This document shows positions 26,685 through 37,326 of a stretch of 64,000 nucleotides of DNA, piece by piece. A model generated the notes under the pieces. That model had not been told where the DNA came from and searched no databases. It saw nothing but the letters and a program-made list of their open reading frames with translations. The stretch is from the NCBI RefSeq assembly GCF_963921235.1, contig NC_086108.1, positions 22,878,001 to 22,942,000 of the forward strand. Reading direction: 5' to 3'. Position 1 is the stretch's first letter. Every line of letters starts with the position of its first letter. The position numbers and the translations under genes are program-made. The stretch comes from Mobula hypostoma (Eukaryota).

Positions 26685-29400
26685 AGATTACAGAACACGC
26701 TGCCTCCAACACTGGCAGCCAAGGCCGTCCAACTCAGTTCAACCTCCAATTCAGACTCCAGCCTGAACCTTGTCTGACAGCACCTCCACCTTGCGACTTT
26801 ACACGGTGCCACTGGAACTACAGTCTCCCCTTCCCAGACCACCACTCTGCAATCCCGTGTCCCTCAGGCCCCACCATCAGCTCTTGGGTCCTTGGAAACT
26901 CCATCTTCCTCCCACCCCCCCTTCCCTGACCCGCAACCCTCCCCTCTCCTCAGATACTGCCAACCGTCCTTCTTCCCCCTCTGATCCCAGCTCTCATCCA
27001 TTCAAGGTCTTCACAATTCCTTCTGACCTTTCCCCCTCTGAGGCGGAACAATCTGTCCCCAGTAAGGGCCTCACCTTTGTCCCCTGTGCCTAAATCTTAG
27101 TATGTTCTGCACCCACCATGATGCTGAGCTCTTCTTCTGCCACCTCTTTCTCCATCCTACTTCTTTGGCAAGGACCCTCCACCCCGCACCAATGACCCCT
27201 TCTCCCATCCAACCCTCCTCCTCTTTCTGGACACCAGCTCTGGTCTTCTGCATGCTCTGGACCTTTGCATTGCCAACTGCTGATGAGACATCAACCGTCT
27301 GGACTTCACCACTCCTCTCTTCAGTTCCAAGCTCAACCCTTCTGAACGCTCACCTCTCTACTCCGTCCGCACTAATCCTGACCTCACCATCAAACCACAG
27401 ATAAGTGGGGTGCTGTAGTAGTCTGGCGTACTGACCTCTACCTTGCTGAGGCCAGGCGACAACCTAACTCTTACTTACTCCTTGAACAGGACCCCGCTAA
27501 GGAGCACCAGGCTATTGTCTCCCACACCATCACTGACATTATTAGCTCTGGGGATCTCCCATCCACTGCCACCAACCTCATGGTTCCCACACCTCTCATT
27601 TCCACCTCCTACCCAAGATCCACAAACCTGCTTGTCCAGGTAGGCCCATTGTTTCTGCTTGTTTTTTCCCCACTGAATTTATACCTGCATACCTCACGTT
27701 TGTTTTACCCCCCCCCCCCGCCCCCGGTTCATTCCCTTCCTACCTACATCTGTGACCCTTCACACACTCTGGATCTTTTCAGTGACTTCAAGTTCCCTGG
27801 CCCAGTTCGTCTCAATTTCACCATGGATGTCCAGTTCTATACACCTCCATCCCCCATCAGGATGGCCTTAAAGCTTCCCACTTCTTTTTAGACAACAGAC
27901 CCAACCTGCTGTTCTCCACCACCACTCTCCTCTGTTTGGAGGAACGTCCTCACTCTCAATAATTTCTCCTTCGGCTCCTTCCACTTCCTTCAAACTAAAG
28001 GTGTAGCCACAGGTGCTCACGTGGGTCCCAGCTACGTTCCAAGCCTACACCAGTAACACTCCTCAACTTTCTCTATGCTACATCGATGACTGCATTGGTG
28101 CTGCTTCCTGCATCCATGCTGAGCTCATCAACTTCACCTCCAACTTCCAACCTGTCCTGAAATTTACCTGGTCGTTTCCGACACCTTCCTCCCCTTTCTC
28201 GATCTCTCTCTCTATTTCTGGAGACAGTTTATCCACTGATATCTATTATAAACCCACTGATTCTCACAGCTGTCTGGACTGTACCTCCTCCCACCCTGTC
28301 ACTTGTAAAAATGACATCCCCTTCTCTCATTTCTTCTGTCTCCACCACATCTACTCTCAGGATGAGGCTTTTCATTCCAGAACTAATGAGATGTCCTCTG
28401 TCTTCAAAGAAAGGGGCTTTCCTTCCTCCACCATCAATGCTGCCCTCACCTGTTTCTCTTACATTCTGTGCATGTCTGCCCTCACCCCATCCACCTGCCA
28501 TCCTACCTGGGATAGGGTTCCTCTTGTCCTCACCTACCACTCCACCAGCCTCTGTGTCCAACACATAATTCTCCATAACTTCCACCATCTCTTAACAGGA
28601 TCTCACCACTAAGCACATCTTTCCCTTACCCCACTTCCGCTTTCTGCAGGGACTGCTCCCTATGCGATACCCTTGTCCATTCATTCCTCCCCACTGATTT
28701 CCCTCCTGGTACTTACTCTTGCAAGCAGAACAGGTGCTACACATGCCCCTCCCAAGCGGTCCTTCCAGGTGAGGCAACACTTCACCTGTGAGTCTTTTGG
28801 GGTCATCTATTGTATCCGGTGCTCCTGGTGTGGCTTCCTGTATATCAGTGAGACCTGCTGTAGACTGGGAAACCACCAGAAAAAGTGGGATCTTCTGGTG
28901 GCCACATATTTCAATTCTACTTCCCATTTCCATTCCAACATGTCAACCCGTGACCTCCGCTATTGTGTGATGAGGCCACACTCAGGTTAGATGAGCAACA
29001 CCTTGTATTCCATCTGGGTAGCTTCCAACCTGATGGTTTCCAAACTTCCAGTAACTGCCCCTCCCCTCCTTCACCATTCCCATGTCCCTCTCCCACCTTA
29101 CCTACCTACCTGCCCATCACCTCCCTCTGGTGCTCCTCCCCCTTCCCTTTCTTCCATGGTCTTCTACCCTCTCCTATCAGGTTCCCCCTTTTCCAGCCCT
29201 TTATCTCTTTCACCAATTAACTTCCCAGCTCTTTACTTCATCTCTCCCCCCTCCTGGTTTCCCCCCACCTTGTGATTCTGACCTCATCTTTTTTTCCAGA
29301 CCTGATGAAGGATCTCAGCCCAAAACTTTGACTGTTTACTCTTTTCCATACATGCTGCCTGGCCTGCTGAGTTCCTCCAGCATTGTGTGTGTGTTGCTTC
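26685..29400 (+). mobile_element. Penelope-like retroelement, decayed (RT plus GIY-YIG endonuclease)
   Basis: Motifs: LSKGLTFVP-like (SKGLTFVP, ~27060), YIDD (28079-28090), TDIYYKPTDSH, SSHP, and GIY-YIG-like GVIYCIRCSWCGFLYISET (~28800-28856). The 3' terminal repeat carries a degenerate hammerhead at ~29297-29334. Many frameshifts. Confidence 0.9.
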
Positions 29401-30129
29401 TATATTCTATGTTCCATCTGCTCAATATTCCAATAGTTCATGTAAAGTAAGCACTCTGGGTTCTTTATTTAGTAACTTGCATAGTGCGCAATGTACTATG
29501 TGGGAAATCTGTGTGAAAATCTCAGCATGCCTGATCTGCTGAGTATTTCCAGCACTTTCCATTATTATTATTATGGCAAATCTGTCACGCTTATTGGAAG
29601 TTCTCAATGAGTAAGCGGCCTTTTAACAGTTGGTACCTTGGTAGTCTACTGCATGTTAAATATTATGCACTGTGTCTCAGGATCTCCTTTTTGGCAGTAT
29701 CCGCTGTTTGAGGCTGTGGCTGAGAAGGTGCCCAATAATGCAAATCGCAACAACCACTCAGATGCACAAATACTACATTGCTTTCACATTTTGACATACA
29801 GTGTAACCCTGCATTACAGCAGTTCATATAATGGAAAATCACCCATGTGGAATTGACAAATCTCTACCAAAAGTATAGGATATGGTAGAAGAATTATCGT
29901 GTCAATTTTTATTTTATTTTTAACCCTAGTTTCTTGATGCATATCAACAAATGCTGGAATGGTCTCATGACCCACTTGTGATGCACTTGGTGAATGTGTT
30001 CTGCAGACTTGGTAGACCGTACATTGGCTCTTCTGGATTTTTGACTCGTCTTCCAGTTAATAATTGCCTTGTGTGTTCAGTGAAGTCCTTCCATTATTCT
30101 GCTTCATTGTTCTTTGATTACACCTATGA

Positions 30130-31142
30130 AAACAGTGAGTGGGAATAAAGGGATCCTATTTTGGCTGGCTGCTGGTTACCAGTGGAGTCCCACAGGGGTT
30201 GGTGTTGGGACTGCTGCTTTTCACAATGAATGTCAATGATTTGGACTATGGGATTAATGGATTTGTGAGAGCCTGCAGAGAGACTTAGATAGTTTAGGGG
30301 AATGGGCAAAGACATGGCAAATGAAATGCAATGTTGGAAAGTGTATAGTCATGCACTTTGGTGGAAGAAATAAACAGGCAGACTATTATTTAGATGGGGA
30401 GAGAATTCAAAATGCAGAGATGCAAAGGGACTTGGGAATCTTTTTGCAGGATACCCTAAAGATTAACCTCCAGGTTGAGTCAGTGGTGAAGAAGGCAAAT
30501 GCAATGTTGGCATTCATTTCTAGAGGTATAGAATATAAGAGCAGGGATGTGATATTGAGGCTCTGTAAGGCACTCGTGAGACCTCACTGTGCCTTATGTG
30601 CAGTTTTGGGCTCCTTATTTTAGAAAGGATATACTGACATTGGAGAGGGTTCAGAGAAGATTAACAAGGATGATTCCAGGAATGAAAGGGTTACTGTATG
30701 AGGAATGTCTGACAGCTTTTGGACTTTATTCCCTGGAGTGCAGAAGAATGAGGGAGAATCTCATTGAAACATTCTGAATATTAAAAGGCCTGAACAGATC
30801 AGATATGGCAAAGTTATTTCCAATGTAAGGGAGTCTAGGTCAAGAGGGCATGACTTCACGATTGAAGGACATCCATTTAGAACAGAGAAGTGGAGTAATT
30901 ACTTTAGTCAGAGGTTGGTAAATCCATGGAATTTGTTGCCACTAGTGGCTGTAGAGGCCCAGTCATTGGGTGTATTTAAGGCAGAGGTAGTTAGGTTCTT
31001 GATTAGCCAGGACATCAAAGGGTATGGGGAGAAGTCAGGGGAGTGGGGATGACTGGAAGAATTCAAACAGCTCATGATTGAATGGCAGAGCAGACTCAAT
31101 GGGCCGAATGGCCTACTTCTGCTCCTACATCACATGGTCTTG
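30130..31142 (+). mobile_element. 5'-truncated CR1-type LINE (RT C-terminus plus 3' UTR), with an internal deletion
   Basis: GKCIVMHFGGRN...QRDLG...VKKANAMLAFISRGIEYKSRDV...YVQFWAP...LERVQRR; homologous to ~62180-63240. Confidence 0.92.
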
Positions 31143-31199
31143 TGTAATACCATTTGAACCCTGATTGTGAGCAATTTGAAACATCTGTGACAGGAAGAC

Positions 31200-32800
31200 T
31201 TTGTATCAACCGCCTTCACATGACACGATAAAGACTGATATTCTTTTCTGGCAATAGTGAGTGATGTGTTTTATCATTACTCCTGCATAACTGGAGGCCT
31301 CATGAGCTTCGTTACAAGACTTCATTAACAGAGGTTGTGTTACTTCTACTGTTTTTCTTTTCACCACCACAGTCTGTCCCTCTTGAGCAGCCTTTGCAAA
31401 GTCTGTGGGAGGGTCAGCATGATATTGGACCGAGCCAAGGAAAGATCTAAGTTTAGTGACATTCTTGGTTTATTTAGGCTTAGGAATGGCTTCAGCATCC
31501 TTTGACCAGTTGCAGACAATTTCACTATTCTTTGGGCCAAATACACAATCTCTTGCTTAAAGTAAAGATAAACCTTTGGCTTTCTGAAGGCTAATAATGT
31601 ACTTGTAAGTCTCCTGAGACTTTTAAGTGTTTGGGTAGATTTCTCTTTAGTGGTGATTACAATGAAATCAATATCCCAGTAGCATCAAGTTTGCTGAACA
31701 TCCTATCCAATGTGACTTCAAATACTTAGGGCAATGGGTTCATACTGTAAAACAACTTGGTATATGAAAGATACACAACACATGAGATGCTGGGGGTCTT
31801 GAAAGGGTGGATGTAGGGAGCGTGTTTCCTGTTGTCGGAGAAGCCAGGAGCAGGGCTTGCTGATTTAAAATAAAATTGGGGGATCACCTATTTAAGATGG
31901 AGATAAGGCAATTTATTTTCTATCTCAGGAGATGAGATTTTGAAACTTTCTTCCATGAGGTGTGGTAGAAGGAGATGAGTTGTATATTTTAGAGGCAGTG
32001 GTAGACAAATTCTTAACAAGTGAGGGGGTGTAAGGTTACCTTGAATGAACAAGAAAGCAGAGTTGAAGTTGCCATCAGATCAGCCATATAATGAAATGTG
32101 GGAGCAGAATTAAGGGGTTGTGTGGCCAGCTCTGGCTCCTAACCTGTATACCTGTAAGTAGTCCTCTCAAGAGTATTGATTATTATTTGATGTTGGCTTT
32201 CTTTATCCATGTGTACTTTGACATGAGATGTCCAATTTGACAGACTTTGGCCCCTGTCAACTCAGCATACAGTTCCCTTGTTGCTTCTTATCCACAGCTT
32301 GGTTGAGAATTGATTGTATTCCTTGTAGAACCAGAGAATTCAGTCTGATATGGGAACAACAACAATGGGTGCTGCTCATTCACTCTCATTTTGACCAATA
32401 TGCTACATCTTTCAAATTTGTTTAACTTTTCCTCTACTTCAACCTGCAAATGTATTGCACAAATTCAGTATAACTGCATTCAAATGGTTTCACTAAAATC
32501 TGGCTTGTGTGCCTTTTAATATGAATCTTTGAACAGCTGAGAGTTGCTCTTGGAGTGCATGTGGTGGTAAAACAATCATTTTGAATATTTCTTTCAGGTC
32601 TTCCTTTTATTCTTTGAATCAGTCTTTCCCTAAAAGGATTGGTCACTCTATCTGGTCAGCTACTGCAACTGGTAACTTCTCTCTTCGACCACAACACAAC
32701 TCCATAGGTCTTCAGTGTCTCAGAGTGAGTATTCAAATTCAGCATGCTTTTTGCTCATGGCACTTTGCTGAACTACTTAATATTCATGTGCCAAAGAGTC
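31200..32800 (-). pseudogene. Ancient, highly decayed Gypsy pol remnant (protease-RT), interrupted by a CR1 3' fragment (~31780-32150)
   Basis: Minus-strand peptide relics occur in Gypsy order: PILLGKD* (~32630), AAPIVVVP (~32365), FKQEIVYLAQRI (~31545), KNVTKLRSFLGSVQYH (~31445). Confidence 0.65.
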
Positions 32801-32861
32801 AGCAGCTGTGTTTTTGTTCTGCTCGGTAACAGGCCGAAAGTCTTTATGAAGTCTGAGTAAT

Positions 32862-33090
32862 TGTGGTAAACCATGTATATATGTTGTAACTCGGTTACCT
32901 GTCTGGACACACCCCTCTGCTGACTGCCTCTGTGGCTCCTCCCACAGAGTCCTGTATAAAGGTGTTCGCCTTGCCCCTCCCCCTCAGTCCGGGGGCAGAC
33001 ACTCACTGTGGAGGTCGTATTGTACAGCGAATAAAAGCCTATCAGTATTTTACCAAACCTAGGTCTTTTGGAGTAATTGAAGGTGCTTCA
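32862..33090 (+). repeat. 5' LTR (229 bp)
   Basis: Direct repeat of 37092-37321 (8 substitutions plus 1 indel by eye). TATAAA at 32955 and AATAAA at 33030. Confidence 0.97.
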
Positions 33091-33091
33091 A

Positions 33092-33106
33092 TTTTATTCG
33101 CTGTAC
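33092..33106 (+). promoter_or_regulatory. Primer-binding-site position, self-complementary to the LTR rather than to a tRNA
   Basis: TTTTATTCGCTGTAC is the exact reverse complement of GTACAGCGAATAAAA (33022-33036). It lacks the TGG that pairs with tRNA CCA. Confidence 0.8.
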
Positions 33107-33116
33107 GTTTTAAAAC

Positions 33117-34130
33117 ATGGAACAGTCCCTGAGACCAGAAAAATTAGACCTCCATCCGCAAATGCCTGAAGCTGGAAACGCTTTCGAACTCTGGCTGGCC
33201 TGCTTTGAAGCGTATCTAGAGGAGATTAAAGCGACCGACCCCGTAGCGAAGTGCAGAGTTCTACTCTCCAGGGTCAGTCCACGGGTCTATTCGCTGATCA
33301 GAGACCAGCCGAACTACGACGGCACGATGAACACACTCAAAAGACAATACCTGTGGCCGATAAACAGCGTCTATGCTCGGCACCGTTTAGCGACACGGCA
33401 ACAACGCCTCGGGGAATTGAGTGCTGAGTTTGTCCGGGCCCTACAGACACTCGTGCGAGCCTGCAATTGCCAGGAGCTGACGGCGGCGCAGCATGCAGAA
33501 CTCCTAGTGAGAGACGCCTTCGTCACGGGGACCGGGTCAGTGTACGTGCGCCAGCAGCTGCTGGAAAAAGCCGATCTTACCCTAAGTTCAGCGATCGAGC
33601 TGGCTGATACGTTGGAGGCCGCGCTGCATAACTCCGAGGCTCTCCAGGCACACGATCCCCCGATGGCCTCATGGGCGCCGCAGACCCCTCAACCTGTTGG
33701 CGAATCGACCTCGGCTGCCGCCAGTCGTGAGTCTGTGAAGTGCTACTTCTGCAGACTGGAGAAGCACCCCCGGAAACGCTGCGTGGCCCGACAAGCTACC
33801 TGTTCCAGCTGCGGAAAGAAGGGCCACTTCGCCAAGGTCTGTAAGTCAAAACCGCGAGCGGGATCGAGCAGCGCCGCGTGCGAGACGTGGGGGTCGCCAT
33901 CTTCCCTGCACACTGCCACCACGTGCGAGACATGGGGGCCGCCATCTTCCCTGCACACTGCCACCACGTGCGAGACGTGGGGGTTGCCATCTTCCCTGCA
34001 CGCCACCACCACGTGCGAGACATGGGGGCGGCCATCTTGGTCGGCGCCACCTCCGCCTACGACCAACGGGTGCTCCCGGGGCACCCCACCACGCTGGACC
34101 AAGACAGCGACCCCACCCTGGCTTCTGTGA
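33117..34130 (+). CDS. gag: Gypsy Gag (capsid-like region, two zinc knuckles, 15-aa repeats)
   Basis: ATG 27 nt after the LTR. Knuckle motifs CYFCRLEKHPRKRC and CSSCGKKGHFAKVC. The C-terminal end may be altered by a frameshift. Confidence 0.85.
   Translation: MEQSLRPEKLDLHPQMPEAGNAFELWLACFEAYLEEIKATDPVAKCRVLLSRVSPRVYSLIRDQPNYDGTMNTLKRQYLWPINSVYARHRLATRQQRLGELSAEFVRALQTLVRACNCQELTAAQHAELLVRDAFVTGTGSVYVRQQLLEKADLTLSSAIELADTLEAALHNSEALQAHDPPMASWAPQTPQPVGESTSAAASRESVKCYFCRLEKHPRKRCVARQATCSSCGKKGHFAKVCKSKPRAGSSSAACETWGSPSSLHTATTCETWGPPSSLHTATTCETWGLPSSLHATTTCETWGRPSWSAPPPPTTNGCSRGTPPRWTKTATPPWLL
33878..34040 (+). repeat. 45-bp tandem repeat, ~3.6 copies, inside gag (CETWGxPSSLHxxTT)
   Basis: GTGCGAGAC(G/A)TGGGGG..GCCATCTTCCCTGCAC...CCACCAC repeated with period 45. 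Confidence 0.95.
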
Positions 34131-36986
34131 CCCTCGACCAAAGCGCTCCCCACCAGCTCGCAAGGTCAATGATGGACATCCTGGTGGAGGGGCACAGGAC
34201 AAGCTGCCTGTTTGATACAGGCAGCACGGAGAGTTTTATCCACCCGGCCACGGTGTAGCATTGTGGACTCATGATACAGCCGGTAAGTCGGAGGGTCACC
34301 ATGGCCTCCAGGTCGCATACAGCAGACATCCGGGGGAGTTGTGTAGCGACACTAGTGGTGCAGGGCACAGAATATCAGGACTTTACGTTACTGATCTTGC
34401 CTCAACTGTGTGCCCCTGTGCTGTTGGGGTTGGACTTCCAGAGCCACCTGAAAAGCGTGACAATGAAGTATGATGGGCCCCTCCCGCCAATTACTGTCAT
34501 AAAACCCCTGTTTTGTAGAGATACGTCACATACCCCGCTACTGACCACACACACACACCGACCCGCGCATCCCACCCAACATCATGCCAACTGCCGCACT
34601 ACCGACACCACTTGTGGCCTCTCCACCCTCAGGATCCCTCCCCCACCGCTGTTCGCCAACCTGACCCCCGACTGTAAACCTGTGGCAACTAGAAGCAGGA
34701 GGTACAGCACGGGGGACAGAGCTTTCATTAAGTCGGAGGTGCAGCGGCTGCTCAGGGAAGGGGTCATTGAGGCAAGCACAAGTCCTTGGAGGGCGCAGGT
34801 GGTGGTTGTTCAGAACGGGGAGAAGAATAGGATGGTCGTGGACTATAACCAGACCATCAATAGGTTTACGCAGCTCGACGCATACCCTCTACCCCGCAGC
34901 GCGGATATGGTCAATCAGATAGCACAGTACAAGGTGTACTCAACCATAGACCTAAAATCCGCTTACCATCAGCTCCCCATCCGCCGGGAGGACTGCCCTT
35001 ACACTGCCTTCGAGGCGGATGGCAGGCTTTATCAATTCCTGCGCGTCCCCTTTGGTGTCACGAATGGTGTATCTGTCTTCCAGAGGGCAATGGGCCGGTT
35101 GGTGGACCAGTGCCAACTGAAGGCCACGTTCCCATATCTGGATAACATCACCATCTGCGGTCACGACCAGCAGGATCACGACAACAACCTCCAAAAATTT
35201 CTCCAAGCGGCCAAATCTTTCAACCTCACCTATAACAAGGACAAGTGTGTATTTGGGACCACCCGACTTGCTATCCTTGGGTGTGTCGTGGAGAATGGAG
35301 TCATTGGCCCTGACCCTGACCGTATGCGCCCCTTGTTGGAACTCCCTCTTCCCAATACCCTCAGAGCCCTCAAAAGGTGCCTGGGCTTCTTTTCATATTA
35401 CGTCCAGTGGGTCTCTAACTACGCAGACAAGGCCCGCCCCCGGTCAAGTCCACCACATTCCCCCTCTCTGCCGAGGCCCACGCGGCCTTCAGCTGTATAA
35501 AAGGGGACATTGCCAAAGCAGCAATGCATGCAGTGGATGAGGCCATTCCCTTCCAAGTAGAGAGTGACGCCTCCGACTTTGCGCTGGCTGCTACCCTCAA
35601 CCAGGCAGGAAGACCAGTGGCATTCTTCTCCCGTACCCTTCAAGGCCCTGAAATTCGGCACTCTGCGGTAGAGAAAGAGGCCCAGGCCATAGTGGAAGCT
35701 ATAAGGCACTGGAGGCACTATCTTGCCGGCAAAAGGTTCACCCTGCTAACTGACCAGCGCTCAGTCGCATTCATGTTTAATAATCAGCATCGGAGCAAAA
35801 TCAAAAATGATAAAATTCTGAGATGGAGAATCGAACTCTCCACCTACAGCTATGACATCATGTACAGGCCTGGGAAGCTCAACGAGCCCTCCGATGCCCT
35901 ATCCCGGGGAACATGCGCCAGCGCGCAGATCGACCGACTATACGCCCTACATGTAGACCTTTGCCACCCGGGAGTCACCCAGCTTTTCCACTTCGTGAAA
36001 GCCCGGAACCTGCCTTACTCCCTTGAGGAGATCAGGATGATGACCAGGGACCACTCATCAAGGCCACCCGCCCCTTTGAGCGACTGAGTGTTGACTTTAA
36101 GGGCCCCCTTCCCTCCACCGACTGCAATGTGTACTTTCTTAACGTAATTGACGAGTACTCGCGGTTCCCCTTTGCCATCCCCTGCCCCGACACCACTACC
36201 ACGTCAGTTATAAAAGCCCTGCGCAAGCTCTTCACTCTGTTCAGATACCCATGCTATATCCACAGTGACAGAGGGTCCTCGTTTATGAGTGACGAGCTGC
36301 GCCAATATCTACTGGCTCGGGGAATTGCAACCAGTAGGACCACGAGCTATAATCCCCGGGGGAGTGGACAGGTAGAGAAGGAGAATACCACGGTGTGGAA
36401 AGCCACACTCTTAGCCCTCAGGTCAAAGGGACTGCCGGTCTCCCGCTGGCAGGAGGTCCTTCCCGAGGCACTCCACTCCATCCGCTCCCTATTATGCACG
36501 TCCACCAATGCCACCCCTCATGAGCGGCTCTTTTCTTTTCCCAGAAAGTCAACCACTGGGACCACCCTACCATCTTGGCTGACGTCCCCGGGGCCAGTGC
36601 TGCTCCGGAAACATGCGAGGCGCAATAAATACTCCCCGATGGTCGTGAGGGTTCACTTACTTCATGCGAACCCCCAGTATGCCTACGTGGTTTTACCTGA
36701 TGGGCGGGAGGACACGGTCTCCATCTGCGACCTGGCGCCCGCAGGAGAACCGGGCCCCTACCCTGAACACTCCGTGGTGACTATTGACCCCGTACCCACC
36801 AATGTATGTACCTACGAGACACCGTGCACCCCAAACCCTATACAGACACCACACGACACTCCCATACCGGGCGCGACGCACACGCATGAGGGATTAACAA
36901 CGCCTACCGTGCTGGCACCTGAAGTCAGGCCGGAGCCAGCACAACCGCCATCGCCAGTGCAATCACCGCCGGTGCTACGTAGATAG
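34100..36986 (+). pseudogene. pol: Gypsy pol (protease, RT, RNase H, integrase), disrupted
   Basis: PR: LFDTGS, LLGLDF. RT: SPWRAQVVVV, IDLKSAYHQL, VPFGVTN, YLDN. RNase H: SDAS, EKEAQA, TDQR, DALSR. IN: VDFKGP, SDRG, GQVEKEN. Lesions: TAG at 34256-34258, a frameshift at ~35440, and a deletion/frameshift at ~36051. Confidence 0.95.
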
Positions 36987-37073
36987 TGGCGATGGACTCG
37001 ACCGCCTGATAGACTTGACCTGTAAATATACTTATTTTAAATATTGTCAGTCACCACCCGTGGGACTCTTTTT

Positions 37074-37087
37074 AAAAAAAGGAGGAG
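37074..37087 (+). promoter_or_regulatory. Polypurine tract
   Basis: AAAAAAAGGAGGAG, 4 nt upstream of the 3' LTR and preceded by a T-run. Confidence 0.85.
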
Positions 37088-37091
37088 TGCA

Positions 37092-37321
37092 TGTCGTAAA
37101 CCATGTATATATGTTGTCACTCGGTTACCTGTCTGGACACACCCCTCTGCTGACTGCCCCTGTGGCTCCTCCCACAGAGTCCTGTATAAAGGTGTTCGCC
37201 TTGCCCCTCCCCCTCAGTCCGGGGGCAGACACTCACTGTGGAGGTTGTATTTTACAGCGAATAAAAGCCTTTCAGTATTTTTACCAAACCTCAGTCTTTT
37301 GGAGTAATTGAAGGTGCTTCA
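37092..37321 (+). repeat. 3' LTR (230 bp)
   Basis: TG...CA direct repeat of the 5' LTR, followed by the TSD GTAAT. Confidence 0.97.
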
Positions 37322-37326
37322 GTAAT

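Larger units (their letters stand above)
32862..37321 (+). mobile_element. Full-length Ty3/Gypsy LTR retrotransposon, inactivated
   Basis: Two TG...CA LTRs, a 5-bp TSD GTAAT (32857-32861 and 37322-37326), domain order gag-PR-RT-RNaseH-IN, and a polypurine tract before the 3' LTR. Confidence 0.98.

Noticed and set aside
34256..34258. Programmed stop-codon readthrough in pol
   Set aside because: The TAG lies inside the protease domain just after the DTG motif, and is most simply a CAG>TAG decay mutation.
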